NCBI GenBank assembly: GCA_035273665.1
Contig: DATEOW010000038.1
Coordinates: 324 to 64,323 of the forward strand
Origin: Burkholderiales bacterium
Lineage (GTDB): Bacteria; Pseudomonadota; Gammaproteobacteria; Burkholderiales; SG8-39
Length of the DNA stretch: 64,000 nt
Direction: 5' to 3'
Positions 52,382 through 62,407 of the stretch are shown in pieces. The first letter of the stretch is position 1, and the number at the start of each line of letters is the position of its first letter. A program made the position numbers and the translations under genes. The notes beneath the pieces are model-generated. The model made no database searches. It was given only the letters and a program-made list of their open reading frames with translations, and was not told the DNA's origin.

Positions 52382-52481
52382 CCTTCTGCAAACGGCGGAC
52401 CGGTTGGCGAGGTATGGCAGGCCCGAGCAGCCGCGGTGCTAGGCCAGGGCAGTCGACCGCGGGGGGAGATAGAATGGCGGC

Positions 52482-53117
52482 ATGAGCGCCGCTTGCCGTC
52501 CGCCCTCACCAGACGCCGATTTTCGCCGCGTGCTTTGGTGGGCTTTGGCGATCAACCTAGCCATGTTCCTCATCGAGGTCTTCAGTGGACTGCATGCCCG
52601 GTCGACGTCGCTGCTGGCCGATGCCGTGGATTTTTTTGGCGACGCAACCAATTACGCGATTAGCCTGCTGGTTCTGCCGATGGGCTTAATCTGGCGGGCG
52701 CGTGCCGCCTACTTCAAAGGCTTGACCATGCTTTTGTACGGCATTGCCATACTTGTTTATGTTGGCTATAGCGTCGTGCAAAGCGTGCTTCCCAATCCGC
52801 ATACCATGGGCATCGTGGGCGCTCTCGCATTTCTGAGCAATCTCGCGGTCGCTTTTCTGTTGTATCGTTTCCGGCGGGGAGATTCAAATATGCGATCGGT
52901 GTGGCTTTGCACGCGTAACGACGTGCTGGGGAATCTGGCCGTAATTTGTGCCGCGTTGGGTGTGTTTGGTACGCAATCCGGATGGCCCGATCATGGTGTC
53001 GCGGTCGTGATGGCTTTGCTCGCATTGACTTCCGCCGTCAGTGTGTTGCGCCAATCACGGGCGGAAATGCGCGGCGAAGCACCACCTGCCGATGAGCATT
53101 TCGGCCACGGACATTAG
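52482..53117 (+). CDS. Cation diffusion facilitator family transporter, short form (membrane domain only)
   Basis: LWWALAINLAMFLIEVFSG and SLLADAVDFFGDATNY are CDF TM1/TM2 motifs. 211 aa with a His-rich tail DEHFGHGH and no obvious cytoplasmic C-terminal domain. Confidence 0.7.
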   Translation: MSAACRPPSPDADFRRVLWWALAINLAMFLIEVFSGLHARSTSLLADAVDFFGDATNYAISLLVLPMGLIWRARAAYFKGLTMLLYGIAILVYVGYSVVQSVLPNPHTMGIVGALAFLSNLAVAFLLYRFRRGDSNMRSVWLCTRNDVLGNLAVICAALGVFGTQSGWPDHGVAVVMALLALTSAVSVLRQSRAEMRGEAPPADEHFGHGH

Positions 53118-53119
53118 TC

Positions 53120-53812
53120 ATGCTCAGTACGTTCCAGTGGTTGGGCAACGATGTTGTCGCTGCGATCCTCGCGGCGACAATGCTACTCGGCTATCGAATC
53201 TTTATTCGCGCGAAGCTCAAGAGGGACCCTTTCTACACGGTGCAATCGGTCAATGCGATCGCTCGTGCGGCTTGGGTAGAGAGCGTGATGTCTGAGCCTG
53301 GCAAAGAAGTGCTGGCCGTGCAGACGCTACGAAATTCGATCATGGGGCCTACGTTTTTAGCATCTACCGCCGTGCTGCTCATCATCGGCACCTTGACGCT
53401 GTCAGGGCAAGGCTCAAATCTGGCGGGTACTTGGCACGCGCTCAATTTATCCGGGTCGCTGCAGACGGAAGTGTTCGTGGGCAAGCTCATGCTGCTTCTA
53501 CTCGATTTCTTTATTGCTTTTTTTGCCTTCACGATGGCAATTCGTATGTTCATTCATGTGGGTTACATGATTAACGTTCCTGCGGCACGCCAAAATCCGG
53601 CGATCACGCCGCGCTACGTCAGTTTCCATTTGAATCGTGCCGGGCGTTTCCACACCGTCGGCATGCGCGCATACTATTATTCCGTTCCACTGGTGTTCTG
53701 GCTCTTCGGTCCTTATCTCATGCTCGTCGCCACAGTGATCTTGGTCTTCTTGATGCATCGCCTGGATCGCGCGCCAAAAATCGAAACCGAAACAATTTCC
53801 CCTTCAGATTGA
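53120..53812 (+). CDS. DUF599-like membrane protein
   Basis: 230 aa and several TM segments. [10 protein letters not shown]...[16 protein letters not shown] resembles DUF599 proteins (from memory). Confidence 0.6.
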   Translation: MLSTFQWLGNDVVAAILAATMLLGYRIFIRAKLKRDPFYTVQSVNAIARAAWVESVMSEPGKEVLAVQTLRNSIMGPTFLASTAVLLIIGTLTLSGQGSNLAGTWHALNLSGSLQTEVFVGKLMLLLLDFFIAFFAFTMAIRMFIHVGYMINVPAARQNPAITPRYVSFHLNRAGRFHTVGMRAYYYSVPLVFWLFGPYLMLVATVILVFLMHRLDRAPKIETETISPSD

Positions 53813-53813
53813 T

Positions 53814-54584
53814 ATGACTGCTCATTCGACCGCTCATTCCCGCATTGCCCTTGTTACGGGGGCTGGAAGCGGCATCGGCAAAGCCGCAGCCTTAGCTCTT
53901 TTGGAAGACGGCTACCGGGTCGTGTTGGTCGGGCGCCGCCAAGAGCCGCTCGATGAAACGATTGTCGCTTCAGGCCAGGCGGCGGTACGCGCTACCGCAC
54001 TCACCGGGGATGTGTCGGATCCTATTGCGGTGCGGTCGATTTTCGCCCGGGTAAAAAGTACTTTCGGTCGGCTCGATGTGTTGTTCAACAACGCCGGTGT
54101 GAGCGCCTTCGCTGCGTCGATCGAAGAAGTTCCTTATGAACAGTGGCAAAAGGTCGTTGATATCAACCTGACCGGTGTGTTCCTTTGCACGCAGGAAGCT
54201 TTCAAAATAATGAAAGACCAAACGCCGCGCGGTGGCCGCATCATCAACAACGGCTCGATTTCGGCGCAGGTTCCTCGGCCTACTTCCGCCCCCTATACGG
54301 CAACCAAACATGCAATCACGGGGCTGACAAAATCGACATCGCTCGACGGCCGTAAATACGATATTGCGTGCGGTCAGATCGACATCGGCAACGCTGCAAC
54401 GGAGATGGTGGCCAAGATGCCAAGCGGTGTGCCCCAAGCCAATGGCGAAATGGCGATGGAGCCGCTGATGGATGTGAAGCATGTGGTGAAGGCGATCGTC
54501 TATATGGCGAACCTGCCCTTAGAAGCCAACGTGCAATCGATGACGATACTCGCAACGAAGATGCCCTTTATCGGGCGCGGCTAG
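53814..54584 (+). CDS. SDR family oxidoreductase
   Basis: [15 protein letters not shown] and YTATKHAI (YxxxK). Confidence 0.85.
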   Translation: MTAHSTAHSRIALVTGAGSGIGKAAALALLEDGYRVVLVGRRQEPLDETIVASGQAAVRATALTGDVSDPIAVRSIFARVKSTFGRLDVLFNNAGVSAFAASIEEVPYEQWQKVVDINLTGVFLCTQEAFKIMKDQTPRGGRIINNGSISAQVPRPTSAPYTATKHAITGLTKSTSLDGRKYDIACGQIDIGNAATEMVAKMPSGVPQANGEMAMEPLMDVKHVVKAIVYMANLPLEANVQSMTILATKMPFIGRG

Positions 54585-55092
54585 CTGCGCTCCGCAGTTC
54601 TTCGGCATAACTGCCCGGCATATAAGCCGCAGCCAAGAGAAAGGGAATCGCGAGGCTGTAAAAAAATGTCGCCCCGGACAGTATTCCGATCACATCCGGC
54701 GCAGCGATGCCAGGTTGGGCGACGGCGAAATGTCCTAGACGCAGGCATTGAAAAAAAGCGAGCGCACCGACCCCAATAACGGCGACTTTGATGCCCGCCG
54801 GGCAAGCGGCCGTCAAGGCTCTTACCTCAACCCATCTCATGGCAGTCAATTTTTTCCATGTGCGCTGTCCGGGTCGGACCAGCGCGCTATATTCGTCCAA
54901 TAAGTGCAGCAGGACGGCGCATACGCCAAGCGATGCGATAAATAGCAATACGGCCGAAAACTTGATGAAAAAATTGACACCGATGTTGTGCAACAACATC
55001 GCGGACAGAAAAACGCATACGCTCATCGCGCTGATGGCGCCGAGTGCAAGTCGGAACAACAAACGCTTTCTTCCGCTGAATCGAGCCCGCAT
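54568..55092 (-). CDS. Hypothetical membrane protein
   Basis: 174-aa ORF with about 4 hydrophobic segments and no recognisable motif. Convergent with the SDR gene, overlapping it by 17 nt. Confidence 0.45.
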   Translation of the reverse strand: MRARFSGRKRLLFRLALGAISAMSVCVFLSAMLLHNIGVNFFIKFSAVLLFIASLGVCAVLLHLLDEYSALVRPGQRTWKKLTAMRWVEVRALTAACPAGIKVAVIGVGALAFFQCLRLGHFAVAQPGIAAPDVIGILSGATFFYSLAIPFLLAAAYMPGSYAEELRSAASRAR

Positions 55093-55191
55093 TGGGCACC
55101 CCTAAAAATCAGTGAACAGCGATTCTATGACGATTGGCATGCGGCACCCAATTTGCGTGCAACGCAGTATGGCGAGAACCGGAGAAGCAGA

Positions 55192-56040
55192 ATGAAGGAA
55201 GCAATCGAAACCATCGATTTTCACGGGCTGGAGGCCTTGAGACTGACCGCGCCTTCGGGAGCCAGTGCCATCGTTTCCCTCTACGGCGCGCAAGTACTTT
55301 CATGGACGACGCCGGACAAGCGCGAACGTCTGTTTTTAAGTGATGCTGCCGTATTCGACATGCAGACCGCTATCCGGGGGGGTATGCCGATTTCCTTTCC
55401 GCAGTTCTCCGGTCTGGGCGATTTGCCCAAGCACGGGTTTCTGCGAAAGCATCTCTGGACGGTGACGGAGCGTAACCATCGCGACGGTTACGTCATGGTT
55501 TCACTCGCTTGCCGCGATGACGACGCCACCCGACGGATATGGCCGCATTCTTTCAGCGCAGAACTATCCGTGGCCTTAGAGGCGGCACGCCTGGATGTCG
55601 AATTGTCGGTGGAAAATATCGGCGATGGGCCCTTTGCTTTCACTGCGGCTTTGCACACCTATCTACAGGTCGACGAAGTGGAAAATGCCGTCTTGGAGGG
55701 TTTGTACGGCTTTCAGTATCGCGACGCCCTGGATGGCGACAAAATCAAGAAGGACAGTGGCCCGACCTTGCACGTCTCCGGCCCGATTGACCGGGTTTAC
55801 CACGATGCCAATCGATCTCTGCTTCTGCGCGACGGGCAACACAGTCTCGGTATTCAGAACGAAGGGTTTCCCGACACGGTAATCTGGAACCCATGGGAAG
55901 CGCTTTGCGCCGAACTACCCGATATGCCGAAGCTCGGCTTCCGGCACATGCTATGTGTGGAGGCCGCCGCGGCGCAACGCCCGGTTAGCGTTCAACCGGG
56001 CGAAACATGGTGGGGGCGGCAAACCCTCGTTGCACTTTGA
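55192..56040 (+). CDS. D-hexose-6-phosphate mutarotase (aldose 1-epimerase family, YeaD-like)
   Basis: ATG 55192 is preceded by GGAGAAG; the extension from 54988 is rejected. IRGGMPISFPQFSGLGDLPKHGF is typical of the family. Confidence 0.8.
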   Translation: MKEAIETIDFHGLEALRLTAPSGASAIVSLYGAQVLSWTTPDKRERLFLSDAAVFDMQTAIRGGMPISFPQFSGLGDLPKHGFLRKHLWTVTERNHRDGYVMVSLACRDDDATRRIWPHSFSAELSVALEAARLDVELSVENIGDGPFAFTAALHTYLQVDEVENAVLEGLYGFQYRDALDGDKIKKDSGPTLHVSGPIDRVYHDANRSLLLRDGQHSLGIQNEGFPDTVIWNPWEALCAELPDMPKLGFRHMLCVEAAAAQRPVSVQPGETWWGRQTLVAL

Positions 56041-56047
56041 AAAATGG

Positions 56048-56494
56048 TCACGCCGTCCGCGTCAGCAAGCGGTCGAGGCTATTGGCGAAAGCTTGCCGGT
56101 CGCTCTGACTGAATGCGGCGGGGCCGCCTGTTTCAATACCACTGCCGCGCAAACCGTCCATGAAATCGCGCATGTTTAGAAACTCGCGAATATTTTCTTT
56201 GGAGTACAACTCGCCGCGCGGGTTTAATGCGTGAGCACCTTTGTCGATGATCGCAGCGGCGAGGGGGATATCGGCGGTGATAATGAGATCCCCCGGTTGG
56301 GCGACATCGACGATGTATTGATCGGCTACATCGAAACCTTGCGGCACCTGGATCGCCTTAATAAAAGGCGAAGGCGGCGTCCTCAACCATTTGTTGGCCA
56401 CCAACACGACTGGAATCTGCTTGCGCTCCGCAGCTCGAAAGAGAATTTCCTTGACCACTGCAGGACAAGCGTCGGCATCGACCCAAATGTTCAT
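56048..56494 (-). CDS. YaiI/YqxD family protein (UPF0178)
   Basis: The N-terminus [11 protein letters not shown] is the family hallmark. Confidence 0.8.
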   Translation of the reverse strand: MNIWVDADACPAVVKEILFRAAERKQIPVVLVANKWLRTPPSPFIKAIQVPQGFDVADQYIVDVAQPGDLIITADIPLAAAIIDKGAHALNPRGELYSKENIREFLNMRDFMDGLRGSGIETGGPAAFSQSDRQAFANSLDRLLTRTA

Positions 56495-56874
56495 TCCCTT
56501 GTTTCCTCGGCCGCGACGTAGAACCAGCGCCCCTCTTCGCGTACAAACCGGCTAAGTTCGTGTACTCGGCCGGCGCGTCCATTGAGTTTGCAGCGTGCGA
56601 CGAATTCCACCAGGGCATCATCTGGTCCCAGGAGCTGATGTCTTTTCACCTCCAGCCCAAGCCACTTTAGTTTCGGATCAAAGTCGAGCGAGGAGGGACG
56701 AGTAGACGGATGCCACGTATCGAGTAGATACGATTGAAGGGCTTGCGCGTAGGCGCTATACCGGGAGCGCATCAGCGCTTCGGCAGTGGGCGCGGCCGCT
56801 CCGGCATGCAGCCGGCCGCAGCAGGATTGAAGCGTCTCGCCGCTGCCGCAGGGGCAGGGTAGTTGAGCATTCAT
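56491..56874 (-). CDS. YchJ family protein (SEC-C motif, UPF0225)
   Basis: The N-terminus reads [14 protein letters not shown] (SEC-C metal-binding motif). 127 aa. Confidence 0.8.
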   Translation of the reverse strand: MNAQLPCPCGSGETLQSCCGRLHAGAAAPTAEALMRSRYSAYAQALQSYLLDTWHPSTRPSSLDFDPKLKWLGLEVKRHQLLGPDDALVEFVARCKLNGRAGRVHELSRFVREEGRWFYVAAEETRE

Positions 56875-56908
56875 GGTAGGAGGGATGGTGCGCGTGACAA
56901 TAAAGCAT

Positions 56909-56941
56909 AAAGGATCGGCCGCACGAGGCGGCCGATCCTTT
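56909..56941 (-). terminator. Perfect 14-bp stem/5-nt loop hairpin, likely intrinsic terminator of the gene at 56963-57313
   Basis: AAAGGATCGGCCGC-ACGAG-GCGGCCGATCCTTT. On the - strand the stem is followed by TTTATGCTTTATT. Confidence 0.5.
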
Positions 56942-56962
56942 ATAGATGACAGAGAGGAAAGA

Positions 56963-57313
56963 CTAGTTGTGCTTTTGCTTGGCCGCGCTTAACCAGACGT
57001 CGCCTTCCGCGCCAAAACCGAATTTTTCACCATGGAGCCTGGACAGCCGCAAGAGCGCTTCGGCGACGTCCGGCGGAAAGCCCTGGCGATTGCCACGCTC
57101 ATCGATCAGCAAACGTTCCATATAGGCGTCAAAAGCAGGACTGCCCCAATAACCCGCGAGAGTTTGCGCAATTCGATCGAAGCGGCCTTCGATGATTGCC
57201 AATGCATGGTCGGTAAAGTTTTGCGCCGCATTGTCCGAGCCGTCGGACTCGGACTCGGCGATCCAATGCAGTTCATTGGAAAACACTGCGAGCGGATTGA
57301 CTTCCATGTTCAT
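56963..57313 (-). CDS. Hypothetical acidic protein
   Basis: 116-aa ORF with coding-like composition, followed by the hairpin at 56909-56941. No motif recognised. Confidence 0.55.
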   Translation of the reverse strand: MNMEVNPLAVFSNELHWIAESESDGSDNAAQNFTDHALAIIEGRFDRIAQTLAGYWGSPAFDAYMERLLIDERGNRQGFPPDVAEALLRLSRLHGEKFGFGAEGDVWLSAAKQKHN

Positions 57314-57394
57314 GTACTCTCCCCTAGCCTTTGTCGGGCCTTTGCAACAAAGGATAATCCGCGGTTAGGGGCAGTTCAAGACCGTTCGTCGGGG

Positions 57395-59056
57395 CTAACG
57401 ACTAATAGGTTTGTAACGAATGCGCTTGGGCCCGGCCTCATCCCCGAGTCGTTTCTTCTTGTCCTCTTCGTATTCCTGATAATTCCCGGCAAAGAAGGTC
57501 CATTGGGAGTCGCCTTCGGCGGCAAGAATGTGTGTTGCAATGCGGTCAAGGAACCAGCGGTCATGGGAAATGACCAGGACACACCCCGCAAATTCGAGCA
57601 GCGCATCCTCTAGCGCGCGCAAGGTTTCTACATCCAAGTCGTTGGACGGCTCGTCCAGGAGGAGGACATTGCCGCCGGTCATGAGCGTCTTGGCCAAATG
57701 GAGTCGCCCCCGTTCGCCGCCGGAAAGATTCCCGACGATTTTCTGCTGGTCGCCGCCCTTGAAGTTGAAGCGGCCGATATATGCCCGCGAAGGCATTTCG
57801 AATTTGCCGATAGTCAGCACGTCGGCTCCACCCGCAAGTTCGTCGAACACAGTCTTCGTATTTGATAAAGCCTCCCGGCTTTGATCGACGAAGGCCATCT
57901 TCACGGTCGGACCGATCGTCACTTCACCCGAGTCCGGCTGTTCTTTGCCGGTGATCATACGGAACAGCGTCGATTTTCCGGCCCCGTTGGGGCCGATGAT
58001 GCCGACGATCGCACCCGGCGGTACGCTGAAGCTGAGGTTATCGATGAGAAGACGATCGCCGAACGCCTTGCTGACCTTGTTGAACTCAATAACCTTGTCG
58101 CCGAGGCGCTCGCCCACCGGAATGAAGATCTCCTGGGTTTCATTCCGCTTTTGATACTCGTGCGAACTTAATTCCTCGAAGCGTGCGATGCGCGCCTTGC
58201 TCTTCGCTTGGCGCGCCTTGGGGTTGGAGCGAACCCACTCAAGTTCCTGCTTCATCGCCTTGGCGCGGGCCGCTTCACCTTTAGCTTCTTGTTCCAGCCG
58301 GGCCTCTTTCTGTTCCAGCCAGGACGAGTAATTCCCTTTCCACGGAATGCCGTGACCGCGATCGAGTTCCAAAATCCATTGCGCGGCATTGTCTAAAAAG
58401 TACCGATCATGGGTGACCGCCACCACGGTGCCGGGAAAGCGCGTGAGAAATTGTTCGAGCCATTCCACTGACTCGGCATCGAGATGATTGGTCGGCTCGT
58501 CGAGGAGTAGCATGTCCGGCTTGGAGAGCAATAATTTGCATAAGGCAACACGGCGCTTTTCGCCGCCTGAAAGATTGCCGATCGCCGCATCCCATGGCGG
58601 TAGTCGCAAGGCATCGGCCGCAAGCTCAAGCTGGTGTTCCACATCGCCGCCGCTTGCCGCGATGATTGCCTCGTACCGCGCTTGCTCCTCCGCCAATTTG
58701 TCAAAGTCGGCATCGGGCTCGGCGTAGGCGGCATAAACTTCTTCAAGTTTCTGTTTGGCTTGGGCCACCTCGCCCAGGCCGGCTTCCACTTCCTCGCGTA
58801 CGGTCTTCGCAGCATCAAGCTGCGGCTCTTGAGCTAAATAGCCGATGCTGAGATTGGGCATCGGTTCGGCATCGCCGTCGAAGTTCTTGTCGATGCCACC
58901 CATAATTTTGAGGAGGCTCGATTTTCCTGAGCCGTTCAGGCCGAGTACGCCGATTTTGGCGCCCGGAAAGAAGCTAAGGGAGATGTCTTTGAGGATCTGG
59001 CGTTTCGGCGGGACGGTCTTGCTCACCCGCCGCATGGAATAAACGAACTGGCTCAC
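57395..59056 (-). CDS. ettA: Energy-dependent translational throttle protein EttA (ABC-F ATPase)
   Basis: MSQFVYSMRRVSKTVPPKRQILKDISLSFFPGAKIGVLGLNGSGKSSLLKIM, two ABC cassettes, 553 aa. Confidence 0.92.
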   Translation of the reverse strand: MSQFVYSMRRVSKTVPPKRQILKDISLSFFPGAKIGVLGLNGSGKSSLLKIMGGIDKNFDGDAEPMPNLSIGYLAQEPQLDAAKTVREEVEAGLGEVAQAKQKLEEVYAAYAEPDADFDKLAEEQARYEAIIAASGGDVEHQLELAADALRLPPWDAAIGNLSGGEKRRVALCKLLLSKPDMLLLDEPTNHLDAESVEWLEQFLTRFPGTVVAVTHDRYFLDNAAQWILELDRGHGIPWKGNYSSWLEQKEARLEQEAKGEAARAKAMKQELEWVRSNPKARQAKSKARIARFEELSSHEYQKRNETQEIFIPVGERLGDKVIEFNKVSKAFGDRLLIDNLSFSVPPGAIVGIIGPNGAGKSTLFRMITGKEQPDSGEVTIGPTVKMAFVDQSREALSNTKTVFDELAGGADVLTIGKFEMPSRAYIGRFNFKGGDQQKIVGNLSGGERGRLHLAKTLMTGGNVLLLDEPSNDLDVETLRALEDALLEFAGCVLVISHDRWFLDRIATHILAAEGDSQWTFFAGNYQEYEEDKKKRLGDEAGPKRIRYKPISR

Positions 59057-59125
59057 GGTGCAATCATCGCTCTATCAAGGGAGAGCGGATCATACTGTGA
59101 GCGGCTGCAGCCTGCACCGCACAAG

Positions 59126-60064
59126 TTAGTTCGATACGATGCGGTCTCGGCCGGCTTCCTTGGCCTGATAAAGCCCTGCGTCCGATCGCGCGATCATGTC
59201 TTCCGGTCGCTGGTCTTGGCCATGACGGAATTCCGTAACGCCGATGCTCAAACTCACGGTTTTGACCGCCGCAAGGTTTTTTGGGTGATCGATCGCCATG
59301 GCCGCTAGCGCTTGGCGCACCTTTTCCATCAGTGCGGCGGCACCGGCGACGTCCGTGTCCGGCATGACGATCGCAAACTCCTCGCCACCATAACGCGCGA
59401 CTAGATCGCTTGCGCGCCGGCAACACCGCGCCAACACAGTGGCGACCTTGCGAAGACATTCGTCGCCGGCCAAATGGCCATAATTGTCGTTATACATTTT
59501 GAACGAATCGACATCGCATAACGCCAATGCCAGTTTCGTTTTCTGGCGCGTGGCCAAAGAGATGTGCTGGGTGAGAAAATCGTCGAAATAACGGCGGTTC
59601 GCAACCCCGGTTAAACCGTCGCGTTGCGAGAGCTGTTCCAATCTGCGGTTGGACGCGGCCAGCTCGGTGGACATTTCCTGTAACTTGCGCCGCATCTCAT
59701 CGAGGCGCTGCAGCGCGCGGATTTTCGCGAGCAAAACGATGCGCCCAACCGGTTTGATCAAGTAATCGTCGCCGCCCGATTCAATGGCCTTGCTGTAATC
59801 CTGATCCGCTTCATTCGCGGAAAGGAAAATAATAGGCGTCCAATCGTCCGGAGTGAGCGCGCGGAGTTGGCGCGCGGTTTCGTAACCGTCAATTCCCGGC
59901 ATGTTGACATCAAGCAAAACGATGCCCGGGTTTTCTTTTGGATAAAGCTCGATCGCGCGCTCGCCGCAATCGGCTTCCACGGGCACTAGATTCATGGTTT
60001 CCAGCATGCGGCACAACACCGCGCGCATGCTGGGCGAATCGTCGACCACCAGAACCTTCGTCAT
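59126..60064 (-). CDS. Response regulator receiver-GGDEF diguanylate cyclase
   Basis: REC domain (VLVVDDSPSMR, VLLDVNMPGIDG), a coiled linker, then a GGDEF domain with RYGGEEFAIV. An RxxD I-site (RASD) lies five residues upstream. Confidence 0.88.
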   Translation of the reverse strand: MTKVLVVDDSPSMRAVLCRMLETMNLVPVEADCGERAIELYPKENPGIVLLDVNMPGIDGYETARQLRALTPDDWTPIIFLSANEADQDYSKAIESGGDDYLIKPVGRIVLLAKIRALQRLDEMRRKLQEMSTELAASNRRLEQLSQRDGLTGVANRRYFDDFLTQHISLATRQKTKLALALCDVDSFKMYNDNYGHLAGDECLRKVATVLARCCRRASDLVARYGGEEFAIVMPDTDVAGAAALMEKVRQALAAMAIDHPKNLAAVKTVSLSIGVTEFRHGQDQRPEDMIARSDAGLYQAKEAGRDRIVSN

Positions 60065-60115
60065 GCCTTCGTCCGTATTTTTGTATGGATCATCGGCTTC
60101 CTCCCCTTCGCTACC

Positions 60116-60721
60116 TCAAAGCCTGCGCCTGCGTTGGTCCCGCCAGTGCCGGATCATCAAATAGCCCCCCAACATACCGCCTAAATGGGCAAAGTGCGCC
60201 ACGCCCGCTTGCGTACCGGTAACGCCCAGAAACAACTCCAAGGCGCCGTACAAGCTAACGAACAACCATGCCGGCATCGGAATTGGCGGAATGATCAATA
60301 AGATCATCCGCCGCGGGAAATACATCCCGAACGCCAGCAAAAGCCCGAAGACCCCCCCCGACGCACCGATCGTCGGATAGGTGGCCGCGCTTTGCCAGGT
60401 CACCAGTAGCTGAAGCAGGGCGGCCGACACAATACAAACTAGATAGTAGTTGAGATAGCGCTTACTGCCGAAGAACTGTTCGAGTTCACCGCCAAACATA
60501 TACAAGGCGAACATATTGAACAGCAGATGCATCGGATCGCCATGCAAAAAGCTGTAGGACAGCACTTGCCAAGGCATGAAACCGCCGACTCCCCACCCGG
60601 CATGCAAGGGCCAGAGGCCGAAAAGGACGATCAATACTGGGTCAAATAGCCACTGCAGCACGAAAACGGCAATATTCGCGAGCAACAGGGCCCGAGTAAT
60701 GGGGGGCAGATTGAAATTCAT
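60116..60721 (-). CDS. Rhomboid family intramembrane serine protease
   Basis: FLHGDPMHLLFNM, GASGGVFGL (catalytic Ser) and AHFAHLGGMLGG (catalytic His). Confidence 0.85.
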   Translation of the reverse strand: MNFNLPPITRALLLANIAVFVLQWLFDPVLIVLFGLWPLHAGWGVGGFMPWQVLSYSFLHGDPMHLLFNMFALYMFGGELEQFFGSKRYLNYYLVCIVSAALLQLLVTWQSAATYPTIGASGGVFGLLLAFGMYFPRRMILLIIPPIPMPAWLFVSLYGALELFLGVTGTQAGVAHFAHLGGMLGGYLMIRHWRDQRRRRL

Positions 60722-60822
60722 AGGGCTGAACTACCTTATTGTTGCACCGAGTTTGCCTGAAAGCCCCCGGGCGCGAAATATGCAAAAGGCAGGAATCAAC
60801 GTGGGTACCAGGAGCGGCAGTG

Positions 60823-61005
60823 ATGAAAGTTTTTGACCCTCAGAAGCACAGCTTTGAGCAAGAAGGCGGGACAAAAGTGCCCGCCAAGCAATTGCAAAAA
60901 GATCGGGAAGCCGCGGGAAAGCCGCTTGACGACGAACTCAAGGATACTTTTCCGGCCAGCGATCCGCCGTCGATCACGACGCCAAAAAAACGCAAGGGCA
61001 CTTAG
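60823..61005 (+). CDS. Small hypothetical protein with DTFPASDPP motif
   Basis: ATG 60823 is preceded by AGGAG. 60 aa and hydrophilic. The (D/E)TFPASDPP motif recurs in small proteobacterial proteins, from memory. Confidence 0.4.
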   Translation: MKVFDPQKHSFEQEGGTKVPAKQLQKDREAAGKPLDDELKDTFPASDPPSITTPKKRKGT

Positions 61006-61910
61006 GGCCTGCGAGCCTGGAGCGCCTGCGCGACCTTAGAGCTTGGCTCGCGCCCCAGTTCCTTGCAGATGAACTGGCCGGCGTGGAACACGCCGTTTAA
61101 ATCGACGCCGGTTTCGATTCCTAGTCCGTGCAGGAAATACAAGACATCCTCGGTGGCCACATTGCCGGCAGCACCGGGCGCGTAAGGACAACCTCCGAGA
61201 CCCGCTACCGCGCTGTCGACAACCTCTATTCCCATTTCCAGAGCCGCCTGTAAGTTGACGAGCGCCTGACCGTATGTGTCGTGCAGGTGAATGGCGAGTT
61301 TCTTCGTGGGCAAGTCTGCGATCACCGCTTCAAGCATGCGTTTCACCAGCAAAGGCGTTCCCACGCCGATCGTGTCGCCTAGCGAGACTTCGTAACAACC
61401 CATCGCGTCGAGCTCACGTGCAACGGCACGTACGGTGTGTACATCGACCTCACCTTCATATGGACAGCCGACGACACAAGAAATGTAGCCGCGCACTTTG
61501 ACGCCTCGCGCACGGGCGGCTTCCATTACAGGCTTGAAGCGGTCGAGGCTTTCTTTGATCGAACAATTGATATTGCGGCGGCTAAAGGTTTCGCTTGCAG
61601 CAGCAAAAACGGCGACTTCCTCAACTCCTGCCTCAACGGCCGCATCGAAGCCTTGCCGGTTCGGCACAAGGACCGAGTAGGACACGCCCGGTTTGGCGCG
61701 GATGCCTCGCATCACTTCCGCATGGTCGGCCATTTGCGGCACCCACTTGGGCGAAACGAAAGCCGTGGCTTCGATGTTGCGTAAGCCCGCATCGGCCAAG
61801 CGCTCGATCAAGTCGATCTTCGTTGCAGTGGAAACTTTTTGTTTTTCGTTCTGCAAGCCGTCGCGTGGGCCCACCTCGACGAGCCGCACAAATCGCGGCG
61901 GCGCGCTCAT
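61002..61910 (-). CDS. Hydroxymethylglutaryl-CoA lyase
   Basis: [16 protein letters not shown]-terminal motif of the HMGL/TIM-barrel family. 302 aa. Confidence 0.88.
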   Translation of the reverse strand: MSAPPRFVRLVEVGPRDGLQNEKQKVSTATKIDLIERLADAGLRNIEATAFVSPKWVPQMADHAEVMRGIRAKPGVSYSVLVPNRQGFDAAVEAGVEEVAVFAAASETFSRRNINCSIKESLDRFKPVMEAARARGVKVRGYISCVVGCPYEGEVDVHTVRAVARELDAMGCYEVSLGDTIGVGTPLLVKRMLEAVIADLPTKKLAIHLHDTYGQALVNLQAALEMGIEVVDSAVAGLGGCPYAPGAAGNVATEDVLYFLHGLGIETGVDLNGVFHAGQFICKELGREPSSKVAQALQARRP

Positions 61911-62377
61911 ACGCCGCTGCGTTTATGTCTTTTGCGCAAATGCGCGCCGATCAAGGCGGCGGGGATCGCCAAGACCATATAGGCAATATCGAAAGAAAGC
62001 GGCGATTCGCTGTTTACTAGAACAATGAGCACAGCACTGGTGATCATTGAGGCCAGCCCTAAGTACAGGCCGTGCAAATATTCGCGATTGTTGGCTACGC
62101 GCGCGGCCACATAACCGCCGATGAGTGTGAATGCCAGGCCGCTGATAAAGAAGAACACGCGGAACGGGGTTGCGCTAAAAGTTTGGACAATCTCTTCTTC
62201 GCTGGCGCCTTGTATGGCCATGCTCACACCGAGGATGAAACTCGCAGCCAGAGAGAATAATTCAGTGCCAAGGACGTCCGCCGCAAGACCAGCGGCCACT
62301 GCCAGCCACGTTGGCCGCATCTTGCCGGACTCTCGGTCGGCTACTCTTGCTTTGGGCGGTTCGTAAGGAGTCGTCAT
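61907..62377 (-). CDS. Hypothetical membrane protein
   Basis: 156 aa with about 4 TM segments. ATGA-coupled to the HMG-CoA lyase gene. Confidence 0.5.
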   Translation of the reverse strand: MTTPYEPPKARVADRESGKMRPTWLAVAAGLAADVLGTELFSLAASFILGVSMAIQGASEEEIVQTFSATPFRVFFFISGLAFTLIGGYVAARVANNREYLHGLYLGLASMITSAVLIVLVNSESPLSFDIAYMVLAIPAALIGAHLRKRHKRSGV

Positions 62378-62407
62378 GGCGATCGGCGAAGAATGCGATT
62401 TAGTCTA

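Noticed and set aside
52387-52402. Sigma54-like match on the - strand (CGGTCC-N5-TTGCA) upstream of the STAS-MlaE gene
   Set aside because: The -24 element is poor, and the -12 element is only 6 nt from the start codon. Transcription would therefore begin inside the ORF.
57032-57613. 193-aa ORF on the + strand
   Set aside because: It spans the hypothetical gene at 56963-57313 and the 3' end of ettA in antisense. No ribosome-binding site and no motif.
60116-60721. Rhombosortase (GlyGly-CTERM sorting enzyme)
   Set aside because: The size fits, but there is no adjacent GlyGly-CTERM target gene and the motifs are those of generic rhomboids. I kept the call as rhomboid family.
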